A DNA stretch of 40,117 bases from Candidatus Gastranaerophilales bacterium (lineage in GTDB: Bacteria; Cyanobacteriota; Vampirovibrionia; Gastranaerophilales; UBA9971). Shown here piece by piece: positions 9,970-19,346 of this stretch (the first letter of the stretch is position 1; each line of letters begins with the position of its first letter). The DNA lies in the NCBI GenBank assembly GCA_028278305.1, contig JANQEP010000008.1, forward strand, positions 1-40,117, written 5' to 3'. A program made the position numbers and the translations under genes. The notes under the pieces were generated by a model. That model saw nothing but the letters and a program-made list of their open reading frames with translations. It did no database searches and had not been told where the DNA came from.

Positions 9970-10137
9970 CTATTAAATAACTCGAATCACGAATTGTATT
10001 TTTTGAAATTTTCTCAAAATCTATATGAAATTGTTAAAGGCTGCGCCTTTAACCACCTCTGGGCGGGTGGGGGATTTTGAGAAAATTTCAACAGGCTATT
10101 ACAGGGTTTTACGTATTTCGTCATTCAGGTTAAATAG
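9970..10137. mobile_element. Near-complete non-autonomous palindromic element (family A, MITE/REP-like)
   Basis: Nested inverted repeats: ends CTATT..TAACTCGAATCACGAA / TTCGTCATTCAGGTTAAATAG; inner TGAAATTTTCTCAAAATC / GATTTTGAGAAAATTTCA; core GTTAAAGGC-TGC-GCCTTTAAC. Other copies lie at 4-86 and 1072-1100. Confidence 0.7.
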
Positions 10138-10255
10138 TTGGAAGCAAAATAGTCTCAAAAATGCCTTATAAAAATCACAACGTCATTCGTGTGTATAAAA
10201 TAAGGATTAGTTAAAATATTACGATTGCCAAATTATTAAATTTATATAAAAAGTC

Positions 10256-10291
10256 TTGCAAATTAAAAAATTAATTAATACAATTGTATTA
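10256..10291 (+). promoter_or_regulatory. Promoter of the tetR-RND operon with a probable TetR operator
   Basis: TTGCAA(10256)-17 bp-TACAAT(10279). A perfect 16-bp palindrome TAATACAATTGTATTA (10276-10291) covers the -10 box. Confidence 0.7.
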
Positions 10292-10344
10292 TATATTTGT
10301 ATTATATGATCGAATAAACTAAAACCACGAAAATCCTGTAAAAT

Positions 10345-11055
10345 ATGAGCAAGTATCCGGAAGAAAAAGAAAATATAAGGAATAAAATCCTTGATGCAGC
10401 AAGCAGGATTTTTGCTGAAAAAGGTTATCAAAATACAACGGTCAGGGATATTTGCCAGAAAGCCGACGTTTACCAGCTCTCTATAAATTATCATTTCGGA
10501 AACAAGGAAAACCTGTTTAAACAGGTGCTTTTAAAGACTTACCAGGATACACATGAAATTGACCTGATTGAAAAAACAAAAGATCTTTCTCCTGAAAAGC
10601 AGCTGGAAGAAATTATAAGAATAAGGGTAAAATCTGTTTTCAGTAATGAAAAAGAAGGATTATACTTCAAGATAGTTGCAAAAGAAATCTCAAATAACTA
10701 CAATTTTATCGTTGAAATAATGAATGACCCTTTTTTAGAGTACTTTAAATTCATCAAAGGAATTATTGACAGGTTATCAGGGCACAAACTTGATAATTTC
10801 GGTTTGAATTACTGTGTATACATTCTAATGTCACATATATCAGTGCTGGCATTTCATGAAAAAGGGCGCTTAGTGCTTTTCAACACCTGTAATCCTGATG
10901 AAAGACAGCTTGAGGAATTTATACAGTACATAAAAAAATTTATTTGTGCAGGCATAGAGAAAATAAAGACAGAAAGATCAGTTAATGAGGTTCAAAATGA
11001 AAAAGAAAATAATAATTGCAATAGTAATTCTGGGTGCACTGGCATTTACGGCTAA
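10345..11055 (+). CDS. TetR/AcrR family transcriptional regulator
   Basis: R.KILDAA..IFAEKGY..TTVRDIC.KA.V....INYHFGNKE.LF. Confidence 0.93.
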   Translation: MSKYPEEKENIRNKILDAASRIFAEKGYQNTTVRDICQKADVYQLSINYHFGNKENLFKQVLLKTYQDTHEIDLIEKTKDLSPEKQLEEIIRIRVKSVFSNEKEGLYFKIVAKEISNNYNFIVEIMNDPFLEYFKFIKGIIDRLSGHKLDNFGLNYCVYILMSHISVLAFHEKGRLVLFNTCNPDERQLEEFIQYIKKFICAGIEKIKTERSVNEVQNEKENNNCNSNSGCTGIYG

Positions 11056-12193
11056 AACGTTTTTCCTGAAAGGCGGACCGCCATCCGAGCATGGGCAGAT
11101 GCCCCCGCCAATGGTGAGTCTTGCCAAAGTTGAGCAAAAGGAAATTGTAGATACCAAAGAGTATATAGGAAGAGTCGTGGCAAAGGACGAAGTTGACCTT
11201 GTCCCCTACGTCAACGGGTATCTGCAGAAAAAATACTTTACGGAAGGCGAAATGGTCAATGAAAGGGATCTTTTGTTTCTCATAGAACCCGATGAATACG
11301 AAGCAGCAGTAGCCCAGGCAAAAGCCGATATAGAAAATGCAAAAGCATTGCTCTGGGAGAGTGAAAAAAACCTTGAAAGAGCAGAAGAACTTGTTGCAAA
11401 GGACTTCATAAGCAAATCTGAATATGATAATAAACTGGCTTTGCGGGATAAAAACCGGGCGGCCCTTGAAGCCGCAAAAGCTTACTTAAAAAAAGTCAAC
11501 AATAACCTGAAACATACAAGAATTTACGCGCCAATCCCGGGCAAAATCGGGGATGTCAAAATTACGGAAGGTAACCTCGTAGGCTCAAATATGGGTTCAC
11601 TGGCAACAATAGTCAGGGTTGATCCTATTTACGTAACATACAATATAGCTGCTGGTGAGTTTGTAAAACTCCGGCTTCAACTTGAAAAAGAAAACAAAAA
11701 AATGAATAACTGCAAGGTTAAACTGGAATTTCCGGATGGAACCCCTTATCCTGTCCAGGGAATACAAGATTTTTATGATAACAGGATAGACCAGACAACC
11801 GGAACAATAAAAGTCCGGGCAACTTTCAGGAATCCTAAAGGTATTCTTTTGCCGGGAAAACTTGTTAACGTAATAGTATATGAAAATAAAGGCGATGTAA
11901 AAACCGTTATTCCGCAGGCGGCAGTGCTTGAAGACCCCCGGGGTAAATATGTTTATATTGTGGATAAAGAAAATAAGGCTCAGCAAAAAAGAATTAAGCT
12001 GGGTAAGGAAACAGGCAAGTATTTTGTAGTGAAAGAAGGTCTTAAACCCGGTGAAGAGATAATCTTAAACGGCATACAGAAAATAATGATGCCAGGAATG
12101 CCGGTTATGACAGCTCCCGCAGAAGGCGAGCCTTCTGCGGAAGAGAAACAGTCCAAAGAGTCATCCCGGAGGGAAAAAGCTGATGTTCAGTAA
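10997..12193 (+). CDS. RND efflux periplasmic adaptor (MFP) subunit
   Basis: N-terminal membrane anchor; V.G.L....F.EG..V...DLLF.IEP, TRIYAPI.GKIG, D..TGTI.VRA.F.NP...LLPG. Start chosen at 10997 (GAGG upstream); the ORF is also open from 10985. Confidence 0.92.
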   Translation: MKKKIIIAIVILGALAFTAKTFFLKGGPPSEHGQMPPPMVSLAKVEQKEIVDTKEYIGRVVAKDEVDLVPYVNGYLQKKYFTEGEMVNERDLLFLIEPDEYEAAVAQAKADIENAKALLWESEKNLERAEELVAKDFISKSEYDNKLALRDKNRAALEAAKAYLKKVNNNLKHTRIYAPIPGKIGDVKITEGNLVGSNMGSLATIVRVDPIYVTYNIAAGEFVKLRLQLEKENKKMNNCKVKLEFPDGTPYPVQGIQDFYDNRIDQTTGTIKVRATFRNPKGILLPGKLVNVIVYENKGDVKTVIPQAAVLEDPRGKYVYIVDKENKAQQKRIKLGKETGKYFVVKEGLKPGEEIILNGIQKIMMPGMPVMTAPAEGEPSAEEKQSKESSRREKADVQ

Positions 12194-15100
12194 TTTTTTC
12201 ATAAACCGTCCCCGTTTTGCTATAGTTTTATCTTTAATCATAGTTATAGTAGGAGTCATAGCGTTTAAATTTCTTCCTATTGAGAGATATCCTATAATAA
12301 CTCCCCCGCAGATTGTTGTAAGGGCGGCATACCCGGGAGCTAACGCAGAAGTTGTGGAAAAAACCATTGCCGCACCGGTTGAAACAGAAATCAATGGCGT
12401 GGAAGATATGATTTATATGCAATCCACCTGTTCTGATGGCAGTTATGAACTTAATGTGTATTTTAAAGTCGGATCTGACACTGATATGGCGATGATTCGG
12501 GTGCAGAACCGGTTAAACCTTGCTACTCCCAAACTTCCCCAGGAGGTAAGAGACCAGGGGCTTGTTGTTAAGGAAAGAACAGGCGGGCATGGGATTTTTA
12601 TTTTCACGCTGAATTCGCCTGATAATTCCTATGATGAAGTTTACCTGGATAATTACGCAAATATATATATAGGCGATGAACTGGCAAGGGTTCCGGGAGT
12701 TGGCGAGGTTGCCACATTTGGGGACAGGTCTTATTCAATGAGAATCTGGCTTAACCCCAGGAAAATGGCAAATCTGGGCATTACTACAACAGAAACCATA
12801 GAGGCTATAAAATCACAGAATATTGAAGTCCCAACAGGCAGTGTAGGCGCCTATCCGGTGGATTCCGACCAGCAGTTTCAATACACTGTAAGGACCCGCG
12901 GCAGGTTTATAAATGTGCCGGAGTTTGAAAATATCATTGTCCGTTCAAATAGTGACGGCTCATCCGTAAAAATAAAGGATATAGCAAAAGTAAGCCTTGG
13001 AGCTAAGAATTACGGGGTATTTTCACGAATTAACGGGGCAAATGCTATAGGTATGTCCGTTAACCAGCTTGCTGACGCGAACCTCATAGAAGTCGTGGGA
13101 AACGTAAAGGAAAAACTCGAGGAAATTAAAAAGCGCCTGCCGGAGGGTATACAGGTTGACATAGTCTATGACGCAGCCGAATATGTTGATGAGTCAATGA
13201 ATGAAGTGTTCACTACCCTGTTTTTAGCTCTGTTCCTGGTAACAGTTGTTATATTCATTTTTTTGCAGAACACAAGGGCAACATTTATCCCGGCGCTTGC
13301 AATCCCTGTTTCTGTTATAGGGACATTTGCCTTTCTTAAGATCTTTGGTTTTTCAATAAACACATTTACGCTATTCGGGCTGGCTCTGGCGATTGGTATT
13401 GTTGTAGATGACGCTATCGTTGTTATTGAAAACGTCCAGCGTTACCTGGGGCAGGGATTAGACCCAAAAGAAGCCGCTTTCAGGACAATGAAAGATGTAA
13501 GCGGGGCAGTTATTGCAACTACACTTGTTTTGCTGGCTGTTTTTATTCCCGTCGCGCTTTTACCAGGAATTACCGGCAAAATGTACAAGCAGTTTTCAGT
13601 AACCATTGCAATTGCAGTTTCAATTTCCTCGCTTGTTGCTCTGACGCTGACTCCTGCGCTTTGCTCAACCATGTTAAAGGTTAAAACAGGCAAAAAAGTC
13701 CGGATTGACCGCTGGGCATGGTTTAATAATGCCTTTGACGCCTTTCAGCAAAGATATTTAAAAGTCGCAACCTTTTTCATACACAGGTCAAAAATAACCT
13801 TAATGGCACTGGCAGGACTGATATTAGGGGTTGTTGGAATGTTCTCCATAATTCCCACAGGCTTTTTGCCCTCAGAAGACCAGGGATTCATTCTCTGCCA
13901 TGTACAATTGCCTGAAGGCGCCTCACTTGTGCGGACAAACGAGGTAGTTAAAAAAGTTGAAAAAATAGTCAGTAATACCCCTGAAATTAATAAAGTAGTT
14001 GCTGTACCGGGCTTTAGCGGTTCAAATACAGCGATAATATTCTGCGATATGAAAAAATGGGGTGAGCGTCCCGGCAAGGAACAGTCAGTTCACGCGGTAA
14101 TAGGACGCCTTCAAAGGCAGTTCTTTATGATAACCGAAGCGCAGATTTTTGCTTTTATACCGCCTTCTATCCCGGGGCTGGGTATGTTTGGAGGTTTTGA
14201 ATTCGAGCTTCAGGACAGGGGTGATAATTCACCGCAGTATCTTGCGCAGAATGCCTGGAAACTCATAGGCGCAGCCAACCAGAACCCTAAGCTGGAGCGG
14301 GTATTCACAATGTTCCAGGCAAACACACCACAGCTGAACATTAGTATAGATAGGGAAAAAGCCCTTGCACAGGGAGTTAATATCAGGGATATCCTGCAAA
14401 CAATAGGTACACAGTTTGGTTCTACTTATATAAATGATTTTAATAAGTTAGGACGTATATTCCAGGTGCGAGTACAGGCAGATTCCAAATATAGAGATAA
14501 CATATCAGATATTACCGATTTGTATGTAAGAAACAGCAGGGGAGAAATGGTTCCGCTAAGCACTTTTGTCACCATAAACTCAACTGTAGGACCTCAAAGC
14601 CTCAGCAGGTTTAACCTGTTCAGGTCAGTGACCATAAACGGGAGCGCAGTAATGGGTGTCAGCTCAGGTGAGGCAATCGAGACAATGAAAGATATCGCGG
14701 AAAAACTGCTTCCCAGGGATATGTCCTATGAATGGTCAGGAACCACAAGGCAGGAAGTCGAGGCAAGCGGTCAGACAATGTATATTTTGCTTCTTGCGCT
14801 GATATTTGTCTATCTTTTCCTGGTTGCCCTGTTTGAAAGCTGGACGCTTCCGTTTGGAGTTATACTTATAGCGCCTGTTGCGGTTGTTGGAGCTCTAATT
14901 GCCCAGATGATATCCGGGTTAAGCCTTGATTTGTACTGCCAGATCGGTCTTGTAATGCTGGTCGGGATGGCAACAAAACATGCCATTTTGATTATTGAAT
15001 TTGCAAGAACCCAGAGGGACGAAAACGGATTAAGCCCTATGGATGCGGCTATAACAGCTGCAAAATTGAGGTTCAGGGCAGTTTCAATGACGGTTTTAAC

Positions 15101-15338
15101 CTTTGTGCTCAGTGTAACCCCTCTGGTTATAGCTACCGGGGCAGGGGCAGAAGCCAGGAATTCCATTGGTATAACTGTTTTTGGGGGAATGATAGCTTCA
15201 GCAGTTATTGGTACGGTCTTTGTACCTGCTTTTTACATAATTATTGAGAACACTAAGGATAATTTCAGAAAACAAAGAGAAAAAGCCGCGGATAGTAATA
15301 TTCCTGATCGAGAAGAGGCATTGAGCTATGAGAAATAA
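12183..15338 (+). CDS. RND efflux permease (HAE1/AcrB-like)
   Basis: FFINRP.FAIV, YP.I.PP.I.V.A.YPGA, GIVVDDAIVVIEN, AVFIP, ALTLTPALC, R.RAV.MT; 1051 aa. Confidence 0.96.
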   Translation: MFSNFFINRPRFAIVLSLIIVIVGVIAFKFLPIERYPIITPPQIVVRAAYPGANAEVVEKTIAAPVETEINGVEDMIYMQSTCSDGSYELNVYFKVGSDTDMAMIRVQNRLNLATPKLPQEVRDQGLVVKERTGGHGIFIFTLNSPDNSYDEVYLDNYANIYIGDELARVPGVGEVATFGDRSYSMRIWLNPRKMANLGITTTETIEAIKSQNIEVPTGSVGAYPVDSDQQFQYTVRTRGRFINVPEFENIIVRSNSDGSSVKIKDIAKVSLGAKNYGVFSRINGANAIGMSVNQLADANLIEVVGNVKEKLEEIKKRLPEGIQVDIVYDAAEYVDESMNEVFTTLFLALFLVTVVIFIFLQNTRATFIPALAIPVSVIGTFAFLKIFGFSINTFTLFGLALAIGIVVDDAIVVIENVQRYLGQGLDPKEAAFRTMKDVSGAVIATTLVLLAVFIPVALLPGITGKMYKQFSVTIAIAVSISSLVALTLTPALCSTMLKVKTGKKVRIDRWAWFNNAFDAFQQRYLKVATFFIHRSKITLMALAGLILGVVGMFSIIPTGFLPSEDQGFILCHVQLPEGASLVRTNEVVKKVEKIVSNTPEINKVVAVPGFSGSNTAIIFCDMKKWGERPGKEQSVHAVIGRLQRQFFMITEAQIFAFIPPSIPGLGMFGGFEFELQDRGDNSPQYLAQNAWKLIGAANQNPKLERVFTMFQANTPQLNISIDREKALAQGVNIRDILQTIGTQFGSTYINDFNKLGRIFQVRVQADSKYRDNISDITDLYVRNSRGEMVPLSTFVTINSTVGPQSLSRFNLFRSVTINGSAVMGVSSGEAIETMKDIAEKLLPRDMSYEWSGTTRQEVEASGQTMYILLLALIFVYLFLVALFESWTLPFGVILIAPVAVVGALIAQMISGLSLDLYCQIGLVMLVGMATKHAILIIEFARTQRDENGLSPMDAAITAAKLRFRAVSMTVLTFVLSVTPLVIATGAGAEARNSIGITVFGGMIASAVIGTVFVPAFYIIIENTKDNFRKQREKAADSNIPDREEALSYEK

Positions 15339-16734
15339 ATTACTGATATTGACGTTAATTACAGCGTTTATAATACAGGGACTGCCTTTGCAGGCAAAAG
15401 AGGCTGAAGTTGAGAATAAGAATGAAGCTAAAATTGAAGCCGGTGAAAGCGCAAAAGAAAATGAGGAAGAGGATCTCGATGAAATCAGCAAGGTTATTAA
15501 AAGCGGAATAGAAGAAAACCAATATTTAGCGCTTGATAAATGTTTAAAAATAGCCATTGCCAATAATCCTACAATAAGAGCGGCTATAAGCAATACCGAA
15601 GTATTTAAAAACAGGGTTGGCAGGGCAAGAGCAGAATATTTCCCGAAATTCGACATATCAAACGGCTATTCTTTTGATAACCAGTCAGCATTTATGAGCA
15701 TATTTGATCTGGATGTAAACTCCTTTGAAATGTTTAATATCGGGATTTCGCAGCTGATATTTGACTTTGGCAAGACCGGCACTGCAATCGACATTCAGAA
15801 AACCCACCTGAGCGCTGAAAAAGCTGAGCTCAGGGCAACCATAAACGATATTGCGTTTAATGTTAAACAGGCATATTTTACCCTGCTTCTGGCGTTTCAT
15901 ACACAGGATGTGATAAAGGAATCTGTAGAGCAGTATGAACAGCTTCTGGCGCAGGCAAAAGCGTTTTATGAAGTCGGCTCAAAGCCAAAAATCGACGTAC
16001 TCACAGCGGAAGTTAACCTCAGCAATGCAAAGCTGGATCTTATAAGAGCAAAAAACCGGGTTGAGGTGGCTTTTGCAAGTTTAAACAATACAATGGGCTT
16101 GCCGGAATCACCTGTATACCGTTTAAAAGATAAATTACGCTATTTAGAGGAAGTTTTTGAATTTAAAGAGATGATTCAAACCGCATATGATAACAGACCG
16201 GATTTCAAGTCAGCCGTATTGAAAGTAAAGGCATCCGAGAAAGAGGTTAAGCTGGCTAAAAAGGACTACTTCCCAACTATAAAAGGAGGAGCCGGTTTTA
16301 ACCTGACTGCTTTTGATACTGACCTGGGTTCTAACATAGATGAAGGATGGAGAGCCGGGGTTAACCTTGATTTGCCCATCCTGAACCCTTACCTGACTCA
16401 TAAAAAAATCAATGAGGCAAAAGCTGCCTATGAAAAAGAAACTTCTGACGCTGAATCCCTGAAAAATGATCTTTATTTTCAAGTAAAGCAGGCATATACA
16501 GATTTTGTTGAAGCAAAAAACAGCGTTCCCGCTTCAGAAGTAGCTTTAGCACAGGCAGAGGAAAATTATAGTCTGGCAAAAGGCAGGTATGAAGTCGGAG
16601 TAGGTGATCCTATCGAACTTAAAGATGCAGAGCTGACTTACAGGAGCGCTAAGCTTGCCTATTATGAAGCCCTCTATGACTATAACGTGGCGCTGGCAAG
16701 GATAGAAAACGTAATTGGCACAGGGATATATTAG
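15328..16734 (+). CDS. TolC family outer membrane efflux protein
   Basis: Signal peptide; A.ANNP.I, YFP, Q.IFDFG, V.QAYF, YE.G....DV..AE, A..RY.VG.....EL.DA; last gene of the RND operon. Confidence 0.92.
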   Translation: MRNKLLILTLITAFIIQGLPLQAKEAEVENKNEAKIEAGESAKENEEEDLDEISKVIKSGIEENQYLALDKCLKIAIANNPTIRAAISNTEVFKNRVGRARAEYFPKFDISNGYSFDNQSAFMSIFDLDVNSFEMFNIGISQLIFDFGKTGTAIDIQKTHLSAEKAELRATINDIAFNVKQAYFTLLLAFHTQDVIKESVEQYEQLLAQAKAFYEVGSKPKIDVLTAEVNLSNAKLDLIRAKNRVEVAFASLNNTMGLPESPVYRLKDKLRYLEEVFEFKEMIQTAYDNRPDFKSAVLKVKASEKEVKLAKKDYFPTIKGGAGFNLTAFDTDLGSNIDEGWRAGVNLDLPILNPYLTHKKINEAKAAYEKETSDAESLKNDLYFQVKQAYTDFVEAKNSVPASEVALAQAEENYSLAKGRYEVGVGDPIELKDAELTYRSAKLAYYEALYDYNVALARIENVIGTGIY

Positions 16735-16739
16735 GTACT

Positions 16740-16870
16740 CTGACAATTAACTATAACGGCTTATTGTCATTCAAACCTGGTCCGGAAACTTAGAAACAGG
16801 ACTTACGCAGAATAAAAATTTTCCGGTCACAACACCGGTATTTAAGACTCCCTCCGGAAATTCTTTATTA
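16740..16870. ncRNA. Candidate structured RNA/DNA element, unit 1 of a diverged pair
   Basis: Stems TGACAAT/ATTGTCA, GTCC/GGAC and CCGGT/ACCGG; ordered sequence blocks shared with 16956-17082. Confidence 0.4.
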
Positions 16871-16917
16871 AGGAAGTATGAAAAAATTCTTACGTAAAAT
16901 TTTTCATACTTCCTTAA
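16868..16917. repeat. 50-bp near-perfect palindrome (possible bidirectional terminator or cruciform)
   Basis: 18-bp perfect arms TTAAGGAAGTATGAAAAA / TTTTTCATACTTCCTTAA around a self-complementary TTACGTAA. Confidence 0.75.
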
Positions 16918-16955
16918 CTCCTATTTCAAATGAGTTATATTTTTTAAATGCTTGC

Positions 16956-17082
16956 CTGACAGACTTAATAAGGGTGTCAGACGGAAAAGAGCCTGAGCAC
17001 ATCTAGAAGATGTGGTTACGTACAACAATGACTCTGTGATTTTTACATTGATGCTTTTAAGACCGCTCTGGTTTCTTTATTA
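16956..17082. ncRNA. Candidate structured RNA/DNA element, unit 2 of a diverged pair
   Basis: Stems CTGACA/TGTCAG, CACATCT/AGATGTG and CAATG/CATTG; ordered sequence blocks shared with 16740-16870. Confidence 0.4.
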
Positions 17083-17112
17083 TTAAATTTTCGGATTAAA
17101 AAATAAGTTATA

Positions 17113-18132
17113 TTAGCAACTGCAGGTCAGCCGGGAATTTTTAAGTGCTTCTGTAAGTGCGGGAACGACTTCAAAGAGGTCACCTACTATTCCGTATGTT
17201 GCTATCTGGAAAATAGGAGCTTCAGGATCTTTATTGACTGCAATAATAATATCGCTGGAGCTTATACCTGCAACGTGCTGGATAGCTCCGGAAATTCCGC
17301 AGGCAATATAGACTTTAGGACAAACTGTTTTACCTGTCTGTCCAACCTGGTCACAGTGCTCTCTCCAACCGGCATCAACACATGCCCGGCTTGCTGCTAC
17401 AGCACCGCCTACAGCGTCGGCGAGTTCTTCCAGGATTTTAAACCCTTCCGCGTTTTTAATTCCGCGTCCGCCTGCCACAATGAATTCAGCATCTTCGATT
17501 TTGCAGCCGCCCTTGCAGGAATTTATACATTCGAGAATTTTTACTTTAATTTCTGAGGGATCAAACTCAATGTTTAATCTTTCCAGATCAGCTATATTTG
17601 TCGGATCAGGATCTGCTTTTGGTAATACTTTGGGTCTTACCGTAGCCATTTGAGGTCTGGCTGTTTTACAGAGAATTGTCGCCATTAAGTTTCCGCCAAA
17701 AGTCGGTCTTGTTGCGGCAAGTAACCCCTGCTCATTAATATCAAGTTTTGTGCAGTCAGCTGTTAAGCCTGTGTTAAGCCTTGCTGAAATTCTCGGGGCA
17801 AGATCCCTTCCTGATGTTGTAGCCCCAATCAGTACTATAGAAGGGTTTTTCTGTGTAATTGCGTCGCATGCAGCCTTTGAATACAGCTCTGTAGAATAAT
17901 TTTCAAGGCTTTCATCCTGAACAAGATAAACTTTCTGTGCACCTGCTTCTGAAATTTCTTTTACAAGGGGCTCAATATCATTATTTCCGGCAAGAAGTAA
18001 TACTCCGACTTCTTCCCCGTTTAATTTCTGAGAAAGCTCTTTTGCTGAATTAATAAGCTCAAGAGTAACTCCGGCAACTTTGTTTTCAGGTGTTCTTTCA
18101 GCTATTACCCAGATACCTTTATTTTCACTCAT
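17113..18132 (-). CDS. etfA: Electron transfer flavoprotein alpha subunit
   Basis: GRDLAPRI..RL.TGLTADCT, RPTFGGNLMATI, VAGGRG, AASRA.VDAGW, QVGQTGKTV.P..YIACGISGAIQH. Confidence 0.96.
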   Translation of the reverse strand: MSENKGIWVIAERTPENKVAGVTLELINSAKELSQKLNGEEVGVLLLAGNNDIEPLVKEISEAGAQKVYLVQDESLENYSTELYSKAACDAITQKNPSIVLIGATTSGRDLAPRISARLNTGLTADCTKLDINEQGLLAATRPTFGGNLMATILCKTARPQMATVRPKVLPKADPDPTNIADLERLNIEFDPSEIKVKILECINSCKGGCKIEDAEFIVAGGRGIKNAEGFKILEELADAVGGAVAASRACVDAGWREHCDQVGQTGKTVCPKVYIACGISGAIQHVAGISSSDIIIAVNKDPEAPIFQIATYGIVGDLFEVVPALTEALKNSRLTCSC

Positions 18133-18335
18133 TTATTTTCTCCTATTATTTTTTCCTTATTATCCTGCTGAGTTTCAGTAACTTACAGGTTTTCATTTTT
18201 AAACTAACCGGTTTTTTATGTTAGTCGGGAAAATCCCGAAACGAGCCAGCGGGCAGCTTGAGAAGCAGGGATTCGCTATACGCTCGCAATCTGTTTGACT
18301 TTTTCACAAATCAAGTTTGTGATTAAAGCTGAAGT

Positions 18336-19130
18336 TTATGCGAGTATTTTATCTCTCTTAAGTTTTTCAATAAGCTGCTCAGCCGCCTCCCTGGCGCTTG
18401 CTGCCTGTATTATTTCACCTGATTCCCTTGCTTCTGGTCTGAAAGCTTTTGATACAAAAGTCGGTGAACCTTTGATTCCTACATCTGAATGCTCAAGACC
18501 GAGGTCTTCAAGATTATATTCAGGAATCTGTGTTTTATTAGCTTTCATTGTTCCTTTAATGGAGGGTTTTCTCGGCTCATAATCACATTTAAGCATGCAT
18601 ACAACACCCGGCAGCATCATTTCTGCTTTTTGAGAACCCTCATCCACTTCACGTTTTAACAGGATACTCTGACCGCCTGTGTATTCAATTTCCTTGGCAT
18701 AAGTTACCTGGGCAATTTTCAGGTGTTCTGCTATGCTTGGACCTGTCTGGGCAGTATCTCCGTCTATAGCATACATTCCGCAAATAATGAGATCAAATTC
18801 ACCTACTTTATTTCTGATAGCAGCTGCGAGTGTGCGGCTTGTTGCCTGAGTATCGGCACCGGCGAACTTTTTATCGGAAATTAACATTGCTTCATCAGCG
18901 CCCATTGCAATTGCTCTTTTAAGAACATCTTTTGCCTGCAAAGGACCCATTGTTATTGCGGTTATGGTTGTGTCAGGGTTGGATTCCTTGATTCTGACTG
19001 CTGTTTCAACAGCATATTCATCAAAAGGATTCATTATGCTCTCTACACCTTCTCTAACCATAGTATTGTTTTCTGTCCATTTGATGTCTGCTGTATCAGG
19101 CACCTGTTTTACACAAACTACGATTTTCAT
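18336..19130 (-). CDS. etfB: Electron transfer flavoprotein beta subunit
   Basis: MKIVVCVKQVPD, NPFD.YA.E.A, MGP, A.AMGAD, FAGADT.ATS, AIDGDTAQ.GP, G..GSPT.V. Confidence 0.96.
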   Translation of the reverse strand: MKIVVCVKQVPDTADIKWTENNTMVREGVESIMNPFDEYAVETAVRIKESNPDTTITAITMGPLQAKDVLKRAIAMGADEAMLISDKKFAGADTQATSRTLAAAIRNKVGEFDLIICGMYAIDGDTAQTGPSIAEHLKIAQVTYAKEIEYTGGQSILLKREVDEGSQKAEMMLPGVVCMLKCDYEPRKPSIKGTMKANKTQIPEYNLEDLGLEHSDVGIKGSPTFVSKAFRPEARESGEIIQAASAREAAEQLIEKLKRDKILA

Positions 19131-19346
19131 AAATCACTCATCCCTTAATAATCTCTAAATCTACTTTACTTTTTATAACAAAAATAAATTTTCTTCAAAT
19201 TATGTCTTAGAGACTATCTGAAAAATACTAAAAATAAACCGGGATATTCTCAGCTGTATCGGGAATTTTAGCTAATCGGCAAGTTTGTTTAGCTATCAGG
19301 ATTTTTTGTCTTAAATATTTTTTCGGATTTGCATTATCAATTGCGG

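Noticed and set aside
10985-11055. tetR/MFP overlap (59-71 nt) as a programmed frameshift or fusion
   Set aside because: The TetR tail is low-complexity read-through into the next gene, which has its own start; no slippery site or structure is seen.
16748-16759. TAACTATAACGG, matching the start of the 23S rRNA I-CeuI site
   Set aside because: Only 12 bp match and the flanks are not rRNA-like; likely chance.
16823-16838. CCGGTCACAACACCGG resembling a twister ribozyme P4 hairpin
   Set aside because: It lacks the AAGC loop residues and the downstream GAGGG pseudoknot partner; no hammerhead CUGANGA/GAAA core is seen either.
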